Both the position numbers and the translations under genes were made by a program. From positions 1,248,001 to 1,312,000 of the forward strand of contig OY820591.1 of NCBI GenBank assembly GCA_963555985.3: 64,000 nucleotides of DNA. Direction: 5' to 3'. The notes beneath the pieces are model-generated. The model was not told the DNA's origin and made no database searches. It saw only the letters and a list, made by a program, of their open reading frames with translations. Source of the stretch: Dehalococcoidia bacterium (GTDB lineage Bacteria > Chloroflexota > Dehalococcoidia > Bin125). Positions 45,572-54,291 of this stretch are shown one piece after another (position 1 is the stretch's first letter; every line of letters begins with the position of its first letter).

Positions 45572-45811
45572 GTGTCTCTCCAACAGCCCCGGATCCCGCC
45601 GATCGCAGTGGTGCTGCGGGTGATCTCCATCCTCGGCATGGGCCTCACCTTCTCCGGCTGCGTCCTCGCCCTGGTCGCAGCCGAGTGGTGGTGGGCGCTG
45701 GGGACGGGGATCGCGTTCGTCCCGTTCGTGCTCATGATGGGAATCGTCGATCGCCTCATCCCCGACATCTCCGAATGGGCGGCTCAGCAGCGGCCTCCGG
45801 CAGACGAATAG
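45572..45811 (+). CDS. Small two-TM membrane protein
   Basis: Two hydrophobic helices; fills the gap after the PPIase. Confidence 0.6.
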   Translation: MSLQQPRIPPIAVVLRVISILGMGLTFSGCVLALVAAEWWWALGTGIAFVPFVLMMGIVDRLIPDISEWAAQQRPPADE

Positions 45812-45857
45812 CCGCAGGCGCGCGGAGCCGCTGCACAGGAATGACCGGAACTGACCG

Positions 45858-46280
45858 CTAGTCGTCAATCCGAGCCGTGGCGGAGCCTTTGACGACTTCG
45901 GCTCCGTCCTGATTCACGGTCGAGACCGACAGGTCAACCAGGTTGACGCCGTCTTCCTCGCGAATCGCGTCGACGGTTGCGGTCGCGGTGAGCGTGTCTC
46001 CGGGCCAGACCTGCGCGACGAAACGCACGCCGTACTTGGTCAAACGACCATCGCCCACCAAGTTGGTGAGCATCTTGCCAGTCACGCCCATCGAGAGCAT
46101 CCCGTGCGCGAACACGGTCGGGTAACCGGCGATCTGGGTGGTGAAGATCTCGTCGGTGTGCAGTGGGTTGTAGTCGCCGGAAGCGCCGGCGTACTGAATG
46201 ATCTGGGTGCGGGTCAGGTTGTCGACGACGACTTCGCTGTGCTCGTCGCCAACGTTGATCTGGCTCTTGCTGAGCGGCAT
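45858..46280 (-). CDS. MaoC-family dehydratase
   Basis: YAGASGDYNPLHTD...AHGM; start MPLSKSQ at 46280 with AGGAG RBS. Confidence 0.9.
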   Translation of the reverse strand: MPLSKSQINVGDEHSEVVVDNLTRTQIIQYAGASGDYNPLHTDEIFTTQIAGYPTVFAHGMLSMGVTGKMLTNLVGDGRLTKYGVRFVAQVWPGDTLTATATVDAIREEDGVNLVDLSVSTVNQDGAEVVKGSATARIDD

Positions 46281-46311
46281 GGTGGTTCTCCTGAGCTCCA
46301 GTGTTTCCGGT

Positions 46312-46800
46312 CTACTCGACGACGCGCGAAGTCTGCACGCCCACCGAGCGGGCGGTGACGACCAGCACGCCGTCCTGGTTGTAGTACTCAGTGATCGACT
46401 CGCTGAAGCGTAGTTCGCCGCCGCGGCGTCCCTGGCGCGTCCACGAGTTGCCCGGCTTGTCCACGGCCTTGAGCACATCGCCCGGCTGGATCGGTGCGTG
46501 GTACTCGTAGTGCTGCTCGGCGTGGAAGCCGGTGCCGCCTCCGCCACCGCCGGAGGACTCGCGCTTGATGCCCGTAGGCTCCTTGCCCGAGCCAAACCAG
46601 GGCTGACCCGGTTCCGGTCGCAGGTTGTAGCCCTCGGTGAACTGCGCCGACGCCTGCACGAACGTCGGCGGTGGGATGACATGTCCCGGCTCGGTCTCGG
46701 CTGCCGCCTCAGCGTCGTGATAGATCGGGTTCGTGTCGCCGATCGAACGCGCGAACAGCATGATGTGCCCGGCTTCAATCGGGAAGTGATCGGTAGCCAC
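46312..46800 (-). CDS. MaoC N-terminal-domain dehydratase subunit
   Basis: IEAGHIMLFARSIGDTNPIYHD, PPTF and HAEQHYEY..PI.PGD. Confidence 0.88.
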   Translation of the reverse strand: MATDHFPIEAGHIMLFARSIGDTNPIYHDAEAAAETEPGHVIPPPTFVQASAQFTEGYNLRPEPGQPWFGSGKEPTGIKRESSGGGGGGTGFHAEQHYEYHAPIQPGDVLKAVDKPGNSWTRQGRRGGELRFSESITEYYNQDGVLVVTARSVGVQTSRVVE

Positions 46801-46895
46801 AAACGGTTCCTTTCACGTGCAAATGTCTTCGCGCGATAGCTTACCGGACAAGTGTCTGCGAGCATCGAGAGAGCACAAGGCATGGAGACGAGACC

Positions 46896-49301
46896 ATGAC
46901 GCGGCGCTTCGATCAGCTGAGAGTCGTCGAGATCGCCGGATCGCACGCCGGCGCCTATGCCGCCAAAATGTTCGCCGACAACGGCGCCGAAGTCCTCAAG
47001 CTTGTCCCACCCGGCGGTGATCCACTGCTGCACGACGGGGAGATCCTGCCCGCTCACGCACTCGGCGAGGTCGGGTCGGTCTGGGCCTTCTGCAATACCT
47101 CCAAGCGGATGCTCGAGCTTGAGCCTGAGAGCGAACGCGCTCAGACGCTGATCGCGGCTGCCGATGTCGTGATCGAAAGCAGCGCGCCCGATCCGCTCGT
47201 TCCTGTTACCGCTGAGCACGATAACGATCGTCTCGTCCGCCTTTACCTCTCACCGTTCGGACTCAAAGGGCCGTGGTCTTCCCGCCGCTCGAATGTGTTC
47301 ACCGACGACGCGGCCGGCGGACATCTCTATCTCAACGGAGAGCCGGATCGCGAGCCGTTCCGACGCCACGGTCGCCATACGGAGTATCAGGCGGGGATGT
47401 ACGGCTTCATCGGCGCAATGGCGGCGTTGATCGCTCGTGAGCGAACCGGCCGAGGACAGATGATTGAAGTTGCCCACCTCGAGGGCATGGTCTCGATGCA
47501 CCAGCACACGACCACGATGTGGACGCACGCGGGCCACATCCTCAAGCGCGAGGGCAATACCCAACCCGGCATGTGGCATCCCGCCGGCGTCTACGAGTGC
47601 GGCGACGGCTACGTCTTCCTCTGCCACGCGACCGGCGCGAAGCTCGAACCCTTCCTCCACGCAGCCGGCTTGGGACACCTATTGGATGAACCTCGATTCG
47701 CCACAGACGTATCTCGCGGTCTGCACAAGAAGGAGTTCAATGCGGCCATCCGCCCCTGGCTAATGTCGCACACGGTCGAAGAGATTTGTGAATTGGGCGA
47801 GGCGACGTTCTCGCCGATGGGTCCCGTCTGGGACACGCATGAGTTTCTCGCCGATCCGCATATGCGCGCCCGCGACTTCTTCGTACCGCTCGATCCGGCG
47901 CGTGGCGCTGAAGAAATCCCGCGCGGACCGTTCCGTATCCGCGATGCGCCGTCGTCGCCGAGCCGGGTCTCGCTCGCCGACCTCAACCACTGGGCCGAAC
48001 CCGGCGAGCCGATCGCCAGCAACGGAGACGCGCTCGCCGACGGACCACTGACCGGCCTCAGAGTGCTCGACCTCACCCGCGTCTGGGCCGGACCGATCGC
48101 CGGGCGAATTCTTGGCGATCTAGGCGCGGACGTGATCCACATTGAGTCGCCATGGAATCGGGGCCCACTTGAGGCCCCCGCCAATCTCCCGGAGCTGACG
48201 CACCTCTATCCCGACAATGCACTCGGCGAGCGTCACTGGAATCGCAACGGCGGCTTCAACAAGCTCGCCCGGAACAAGCGAGGACTGGGAATCAATCTCG
48301 CTGCTGAGGCGGGCCAGGCGATCTTCCGCGAGCTGATCGCAGTATCAGACGTCGTGTTGGAGAACTACAGCCCGCGCGTGATGCCCCAATGGGGTCTCGA
48401 CTGGGATTCGCTTCGTGAACTCAATCCCGCCATCATCCACACCTCAATGCCCGGCTACGGGGCCGAAGGGCCGGGCGCGATGCGAGTCGCGCTGGGGCCG
48501 GTGATCGAGGCCGCCACCGGCATGACCATGATGGCCGGCTACGCCGATACGGGCCCATACCGCTCCGGCGTCGCCTGGCCCGATCCGGTCTCCGGCCTGA
48601 GCGCGGTCGCCGGGACGCTCGTTGGCCTCTGGCGGCGCATGGCCTCGAACGGTGAAGGGCAAGAGGTCGAAACCGCGATGATCGAGTCAATGGGCACCTT
48701 CGCGGGCGATGAACTCCTGTCTGCGCAGGTCATGGGCGGCCCGCCGCCACGACGCGGGAATCGCCAGCCGGGTATTGCGCCGCAAGGCGTGTATCGATGC
48801 CTTGGGGATGACCGCTGGGTCGCGATCTCAGTGACATCGGATGAAGAGTGGCAATCGCTCTGTGCGGTCGCGGAGCTTCCGGAACACTGGGTTGATTGGG
48901 AGCTATGGGAGCGTGAGGCACGTCACGATGAGATCGACACTGCGCTGAGTATCTGGTCCCGGTCGATCAGTCCGGCCGAGGCCGTTGGTCGGTTGCAGGG
49001 CGGCGGGGTGATCTCTGCGGTTGTGGCCGACGCTCGCGACCTGCTCGAAAACGAGCACCTCGCTGCACGTTCATTCTGGGCTGAGCTCGTGGACCCCGAT
49101 GCTGGCTTCCTGCGCTATCCGGGATGTCCCGTTCGGCTCAGCGAGACGCCGGTGACCTATCGCCGCCCCGCACCTGGGCTGGGAGAACATAACGCTGAGA
49201 TCGTTGCCGACTTGCTCGGGGTGAGCGCGACTGAGATAGCAGCCCTCAAGAGTGCGGGCGTGATTGCGGATCGTCCGCCGAGCTTGGCCGACTTGACGTA
49301 A
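46896..49301 (+). CDS. Two-domain CaiB/BaiF (family III) CoA-transferase
   Basis: Two tandem domains (LRVVEIA..., LRVLDLTRVWAGP...LGDLGADVI); C-terminal APGLGEHN. Confidence 0.92.
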   Translation: MTRRFDQLRVVEIAGSHAGAYAAKMFADNGAEVLKLVPPGGDPLLHDGEILPAHALGEVGSVWAFCNTSKRMLELEPESERAQTLIAAADVVIESSAPDPLVPVTAEHDNDRLVRLYLSPFGLKGPWSSRRSNVFTDDAAGGHLYLNGEPDREPFRRHGRHTEYQAGMYGFIGAMAALIARERTGRGQMIEVAHLEGMVSMHQHTTTMWTHAGHILKREGNTQPGMWHPAGVYECGDGYVFLCHATGAKLEPFLHAAGLGHLLDEPRFATDVSRGLHKKEFNAAIRPWLMSHTVEEICELGEATFSPMGPVWDTHEFLADPHMRARDFFVPLDPARGAEEIPRGPFRIRDAPSSPSRVSLADLNHWAEPGEPIASNGDALADGPLTGLRVLDLTRVWAGPIAGRILGDLGADVIHIESPWNRGPLEAPANLPELTHLYPDNALGERHWNRNGGFNKLARNKRGLGINLAAEAGQAIFRELIAVSDVVLENYSPRVMPQWGLDWDSLRELNPAIIHTSMPGYGAEGPGAMRVALGPVIEAATGMTMMAGYADTGPYRSGVAWPDPVSGLSAVAGTLVGLWRRMASNGEGQEVETAMIESMGTFAGDELLSAQVMGGPPPRRGNRQPGIAPQGVYRCLGDDRWVAISVTSDEEWQSLCAVAELPEHWVDWELWEREARHDEIDTALSIWSRSISPAEAVGRLQGGGVISAVVADARDLLENEHLAARSFWAELVDPDAGFLRYPGCPVRLSETPVTYRRPAPGLGEHNAEIVADLLGVSATEIAALKSAGVIADRPPSLADLT

Positions 49302-49316
49302 TCGCGGGAGTGGGAG

Positions 49317-49393
49317 TGGTCGGGGTGGGCGGATTTGAACCGCCGGCCTCACGGCCCCAAACCGTGCGCTCTGCCAAGCTGAGCTACACCCCG
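49317..49393 (-). tRNA. tRNA-Pro(TGG)
   Basis: Reverse strand CGGGGTGTAGCTCAG...CACGG-TTTGGGG-CCGTG...GGTTCAAATCC...CACCCCGACCA. Confidence 0.95.
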
Positions 49394-49400
49394 AACGTGT

Positions 49401-50351
49401 TCAATCGACTTGGATGGCACCGACCAGTTCCGACAGCTCGGTGACGCCTGCGCCACGGCAATAGTCGTGCAGTTCTTCGACGACCCGTACCGCAGCGTAG
49501 GGATCGCGGAACGACGCCGTCCCGACCTGCACAGCGGACGCGCCGGCGAGGAGAAACTCCACCGCGTCGCGCCCGTCAACGATCCCGCCGCAGCCGATCA
49601 CCGGGATCCCTACGGCCCGCGCCGTTTCCCAGACCAGACGGAGCGCAAGCGGCTTGATTGCCGGTCCGGTCAGTCCCGCCACCGCTCGCGCCGTACGCGG
49701 GCGGCGCGTTTGCACGTCAATCGACATCCCGACAAACGAGTTGGCGACGCAGAGCGCGTCCGCTCCGGCCGTTTCGCAAGCATGAGCGATCTCGGCAATG
49801 TCCGTCACGCCGGGCGTCAGCTTGACGATTACAGGCAGTGTCGTCGATTGCACGACTGCTTCGGTCACCCGAGCTGCCGCCGCCGGATCGCGGCCAAACT
49901 CGATCCCGCCGACATCCAGATTTGGGCAGGAGATGTTGACTTCGAGTCCGGCGACCCCCGGTGCGCCGTCAAGCACTTCAGCCAGGTGCGCGAACTCGTC
50001 TACCGTATCGCCGAGCATGTTGACGATGACAGGCGTATCCCAGGTCTCCCAGACCGTTGCCACCTCGCTCAGCAAGCGCCGCACGCCGACATTCTGGAAG
50101 CCAATCGAGTTCAGCATCCCGGCCGGAGTTTCCACGATCCGAGGCGTGGGATTCCCGCGCCGCGGTCGTAGCGTGACTCCCTTGGAGACGATCGCTCCGA
50201 GCCGATTCAGATCGAAGACGCGCGCGAACTCGAGTCCGTTGCTGAACGTGCCCGACGCTGTCATGACCGGATTGCGCAGGATCAGTTCGCGCTTCGCGCC
50301 TGGGGCGAGATCAACGCTGAGATCCAGAGCGCGGACTGCGGTCGCGGGCAT
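49401..50351 (-). CDS. pyrD: Dihydroorotate dehydrogenase, family 1 catalytic subunit
   Basis: NPVMTASGT, RRGNPTPRIVET, NSIGFQN, EVNISCPN, VKLTP and G.AIKP; start MPATAV with AAGGA RBS. Confidence 0.93.
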   Translation of the reverse strand: MPATAVRALDLSVDLAPGAKRELILRNPVMTASGTFSNGLEFARVFDLNRLGAIVSKGVTLRPRRGNPTPRIVETPAGMLNSIGFQNVGVRRLLSEVATVWETWDTPVIVNMLGDTVDEFAHLAEVLDGAPGVAGLEVNISCPNLDVGGIEFGRDPAAAARVTEAVVQSTTLPVIVKLTPGVTDIAEIAHACETAGADALCVANSFVGMSIDVQTRRPRTARAVAGLTGPAIKPLALRLVWETARAVGIPVIGCGGIVDGRDAVEFLLAGASAVQVGTASFRDPYAAVRVVEELHDYCRGAGVTELSELVGAIQVD

Positions 50352-50445
50352 GGACATCCTTCGTCTGCATGGTAAGGGCGCAGGCGAAGCGCCGCCGCAC
50401 CAGGTTGGAGTGCCGACGCGGCGGAGAGGACGAATGTGACGCGGG

Positions 50446-50697
50446 CTAGTTGTCCGAGCCGTCTCCCGCTCGGCGCCGGCGGCTGATGCCCATGTCGTTC
50501 CAGCGCGAGCGTCCTTCGACGCGGTCCCAGATCGAGTCTTCCGACGAGTTGCGGAACTCTTTGGTCTCGCCGCAGGTACAGGTCCCGATCGAGAATGGGC
50601 CGTTCGGCGACTCCACCACCCAGTGGTGGATGTGCTGCGGCTGCTCGCTCTCGACCTTGCGGCGGCGGGAGGGGGCCTTGATTGCCTTGGTGGCCAT
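50446..50697 (-). CDS. Small putative zinc-binding protein
   Basis: GAGGA RBS; H.HHW..ESPNG..S.G.C.CGE.KEF.N pattern. Confidence 0.72.
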   Translation of the reverse strand: MATKAIKAPSRRRKVESEQPQHIHHWVVESPNGPFSIGTCTCGETKEFRNSSEDSIWDRVEGRSRWNDMGISRRRRAGDGSDN

Positions 50698-51086
50698 GAC
50701 TCTGTTCCTCCGTGGGCGACGCACCCGGGCTGCGGACACAACCCGTGGTCTCGGTCTGCCCATCAGTGTGCGTGACACTATGCATGAGCGGCGCGGCGGG
50801 CAATATCGCGCGCAACAATCCCGCTGCGCGGATGTAAAGCTCGCTACGCGCATGTATCTCCTTAACGCGCCTATGTAGGTTGCGGTTCCGAACGCAGGTA
50901 ATCTCGATTACAGATCGCGCACTCTGCCGCCTGGGACACTCGATCGGAGTGCGTATCGATTCGTCCCGCCCCGTGAACGCGCGACTCTACAGTAGGATGC
51001 AGACAGCGCTCGATGCGGCCGCCGTGAGGGCGGCTCCGACGCGCGAGAAGCGCCAGTTGCGCATGATGGATTTACACAGCTTGGAC

Positions 51087-51212
51087 TGTCACCTTGCAGC
51101 GGCTGTCACGGTCGGCGCTGGGTCCTTCGCGTGCTCCCGCGAACTCCCTGATCCGGGGCTGGACTGAGCACGCGATGGTCTGGCGACGACTGACCGGCCG
51201 CTCCGAGGGACA
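51087..51212 (+). ncRNA. Candidate structured RNA (long imperfect hairpin) upstream of mrp
   Basis: Nested stems TGTC/GACA, CCTTG/CGAGG, AGCGGCT/GGCCGCT, GTCA/TGAC, GTCG/CGAC, CGCTGG/CTGGCG and a perfect 10-bp TCGCGTGCTC/GAGCACGCGA. Confidence 0.5.
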
Positions 51213-51246
51213 ACGCCCCAACTCAGGGAGTGGGAAGGGAAGCGGT

Positions 51247-52356
51247 ATGGCGTTGACCGACGAGACGGTACGCGACGCGCTCCGTCGCATACGAGACCCT
51301 CAGCTCGGACGTGATCTCCTCAGCCTGCGTATGTTTACCGGAGCTCAGATAGACGGCGGCAACGTGACGGTGCACCTCTCCTTGCCGATGCACGGCTACG
51401 CAGCCAAGGATCAGCTCGAGTCAGCTGTTTCAGCCGCGCTGCGCGAACTCGGCGCAGACAACGTCCAGATCGAGTACGAAGTCAACGTTCCCGCCTGGCA
51501 AGGGAACGGTCAGCAAGCCGCGATTGCGGGCGTCCGCAACATCATCGCCGTCGCCTCAAACAAGGGCGGCGTCGGCAAATCCACGATTGCGACGAACCTC
51601 GCCGTCGCTTTGGCCCAGAGCGGAGCTTCGGTCGGGCTGATTGACGCAGACGCCACCGGCCCGAACTTGCCCACCATGTTTGGCCTGCCCAACGGCTTTC
51701 AGGCGCAGAGCGAGCAAGGTTTGCACCCGGTCGAGCGCTTCGGCGTCCGTGTCATTTCGCTCGGCTTCCTGCTTCCGCCCGGCGCGCCGGTCGTCTGGCG
51801 CGGGCCGATGATTGGCTCTGCGATTCGCCAGCTACTGCATGATGTCGATTGGGGCGATGTCGACTACTTGCTGATCGACCTCCCGCCGGGTACCAGCGAC
51901 GCCTCCATGTCGATGGCCCAGGAAGCTCCGATCGCGGGCGCGGTGGTCGTCTCCACACCGCAGCAAGTGGCGCTCGAAGACGCCAGCAAGGCCGTCACGA
52001 TGTTCGAGAAGCTCGATGTACCTGTTTTCGGCATCGTCGAGAACATGTCCTATTTCGTCACGCCCGATACTGGGCAACGAGTGGAGATCTTCGGCCACGG
52101 TGGGGCGCGCGACGCGGCTGATGATCTCGAGATCGATTTCCTCGGCGAGGTTCCGCTCGCCACCGAAGTCCGTGCGGGCGGCGACGACGGCGAACCGATC
52201 GTTGCCTTTGACGCCGATCACGCGGCCGCACAGGCATTTACCGCCATCGCCACTCGCGTCGCAACCAAGGCTGCTGCTTCGGCGCTGCTCCAGACTTCAA
52301 TCCCTCGCCCAACGCCCCGCCCTTCCCCTGCCTCGAAACCCACATCCATCCTTTGA
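51247..52356 (+). CDS. mrp: Mrp/ApbC/NBP35-family P-loop ATPase
   Basis: DUF59-like N-terminus, KGGVGKST, WRGPM, DLPPGTSD, TPQ and ENMS. Confidence 0.92.
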   Translation: MALTDETVRDALRRIRDPQLGRDLLSLRMFTGAQIDGGNVTVHLSLPMHGYAAKDQLESAVSAALRELGADNVQIEYEVNVPAWQGNGQQAAIAGVRNIIAVASNKGGVGKSTIATNLAVALAQSGASVGLIDADATGPNLPTMFGLPNGFQAQSEQGLHPVERFGVRVISLGFLLPPGAPVVWRGPMIGSAIRQLLHDVDWGDVDYLLIDLPPGTSDASMSMAQEAPIAGAVVVSTPQQVALEDASKAVTMFEKLDVPVFGIVENMSYFVTPDTGQRVEIFGHGGARDAADDLEIDFLGEVPLATEVRAGGDDGEPIVAFDADHAAAQAFTAIATRVATKAAASALLQTSIPRPTPRPSPASKPTSIL

Positions 52357-52368
52357 TCAGGAGCACTC

Positions 52369-53355
52369 ATGTCCCGATTCCTGCGCCGCGGCGCAGCGTC
52401 CGAACCCGTTACGCCTGCCGAACCCGTTCCCGAATCCCCGCCTCAACCTGAAACTCGCCCCCGTCGCACCCCGAGCCGTCGCCGCGCTGCAAGTTCCACC
52501 CAAGAACCGGCTGCCGCGAATGTTCCTCCGCAAGTCACCGAAGCAGAACCGGCGGCGCGACGCCCGCGCCGCCGCAGTTCGACCAACGGAGCCGCCGGCG
52601 CGCCTGCAAGTAACGCCCCCCGTCGGCGCAGCGGCCGCAAGCCCGCCGAACCCGACGCAAGCCAATCAAGCGCCGCTTCGAGTGGTACCGACGCTCCACT
52701 CCTGGCGGTGCTTGAGCGCCAGAACGACCTGCTTGAACAGCACGGTCAGGCGCTGATCCAACTTCAGGAAGCGACCGCTACGCTCGCCGCATCGCAGCAA
52801 CAACTCACGCAGACCCTGCTCGGCGCGACGGGTGACTTCACCGCGCCTTCCGCCCGGATCGAAGTCTTGCCCCGTCTCGCGATCTTCGTTGACGTGCCCA
52901 ACATTCTCTATGGCGCCGAATCATCCGGGGTGCGGTTGAATTGGGGCAAGGTCGCCGAGTTTCTCTCACACGGGCGCACCCTTGTTCGCGCTATCGCCTA
53001 CGCGCCGATCTCAGATGATCCGAACGCGCGGATCGAGACCGAACGTTTCGTTACCCCATTCCTCGACCACGACTACCGCGTCGCCACCAAGCCGCTCAAG
53101 CGCTTCACGGGCGGGAGCGTCAAAGCCAACTTCGACGTCGAATTGGCAATCGACGTGCTCACAATGTCCGACCGAGTCGACGTGATCGTTCTCGTCTCGG
53201 GCGACGGCGACTTCCGCCGCCTCGTCGAAATCGTCGGCGCGCGCGGTGTCCGCGTCGAAGTGATGGCTTTCGGGCGCAGCACATCGCGCGACCTGATCGA
53301 GGTCGCCGATCGCTACATCGACATCGCCAGCTACGTGTCAGAGTTAGTCGACTAG
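52369..53355 (+). CDS. NYN (LabA/DUF88) domain protein with a disordered N-terminus
   Basis: AIFVDVPNI, KANFDVELAID, LVSGDGDF..LV...G..VEV. Confidence 0.88.
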   Translation: MSRFLRRGAASEPVTPAEPVPESPPQPETRPRRTPSRRRAASSTQEPAAANVPPQVTEAEPAARRPRRRSSTNGAAGAPASNAPRRRSGRKPAEPDASQSSAASSGTDAPLLAVLERQNDLLEQHGQALIQLQEATATLAASQQQLTQTLLGATGDFTAPSARIEVLPRLAIFVDVPNILYGAESSGVRLNWGKVAEFLSHGRTLVRAIAYAPISDDPNARIETERFVTPFLDHDYRVATKPLKRFTGGSVKANFDVELAIDVLTMSDRVDVIVLVSGDGDFRRLVEIVGARGVRVEVMAFGRSTSRDLIEVADRYIDIASYVSELVD

Positions 53356-53379
53356 CCGACTCCCCACTGAGCATCCTCG

Positions 53380-54219
53380 CTAGGCGTTTTCCCATCGCCG
53401 GACGCCATCGCGCCGCGCTGCTCGTCCCAGTCCCGGAAACTCGAAATGTCCGGACGCAATCAGCGCGTTCTCAGCCTCGATCCGGTCAAAGAGCGCGTGC
53501 CGACTAGCGGTCGAATCGGTCGTGTTCACATCCGCACTAGGGCACCAGTCGGTTTCGGTGAGCTGGACTCGGTGGTGCGCTGCATCGCCGAGCACGTAAG
53601 CGGTCTCTCCGCCGCTGCTAATCGCGAACGAGACGTGTCCGGGTGTGTGACCCGGTGTCGGCACGGTCACGACCTCGGCAGTCAAGGTGTGCTCGCCCTC
53701 AACGAAGTCTGCGAGACCGGCGTTGACGATCGGCGCGAGGACATTGTCGTAGCCCGCGCCTTGCCTCAACTCGTCGCTGCTGGTCCAGAAGTCCCACTCA
53801 GCCTGCTGGATGATGTGGCGGGCGTTGGGGAAGACCGGTCGCGGCGATCCGTCTACGTCTCGGGTGTTCCAACCGGTGTGGTCGAAGTGCAGGTGCGAGA
53901 ACGCGACGATATCTACATCGTTCGGAGAAACGCCCGCCTCTTCCATCACTGATGGCAGCGCCGGCGGCTCCTTGAGCGGCATCGGGGCCGGTCGGCCGCC
54001 GATACCGGAGTCGACCAGGATGGTCGTGCCGCCGCTGATGATCAGCCATGCGCCGAGGTTCAGCGTGATGTTGCCGTCCTCGTCGAGCATGTCGCGGTAG
54101 GCGTCCCAGTCCGCGTCTGCGGTGTCGGTGAAGAACGCCGTTGGAGGCAGGGCGGCCCACGAGTCTTGGACCGCGATCAGCTCCGCGTCCCCGACCTGCA
54201 CTTTGTGAAACTGTCCCAT
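53380..54219 (-). CDS. Metallo-beta-lactamase-fold hydrolase
   Basis: SHLHFDHTG, TPGHTPGH, GD and H. Confidence 0.9.
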   Translation of the reverse strand: MGQFHKVQVGDAELIAVQDSWAALPPTAFFTDTADADWDAYRDMLDEDGNITLNLGAWLIISGGTTILVDSGIGGRPAPMPLKEPPALPSVMEEAGVSPNDVDIVAFSHLHFDHTGWNTRDVDGSPRPVFPNARHIIQQAEWDFWTSSDELRQGAGYDNVLAPIVNAGLADFVEGEHTLTAEVVTVPTPGHTPGHVSFAISSGGETAYVLGDAAHHRVQLTETDWCPSADVNTTDSTASRHALFDRIEAENALIASGHFEFPGLGRAARRDGVRRWENA

Positions 54220-54291
54220 GTTGCCCGCCTTCCGTTGCGCTCCAGTCCAGACGCTCAGTTTGCGCAGGCAGGCTAACGGATTGATGGACGC

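Noticed and set aside
51087-51212. SRP (4.5S) RNA or 6S RNA
   Set aside because: No SRP helix-8 motif on either strand and no large central bubble; kept only as an unknown RNA candidate.
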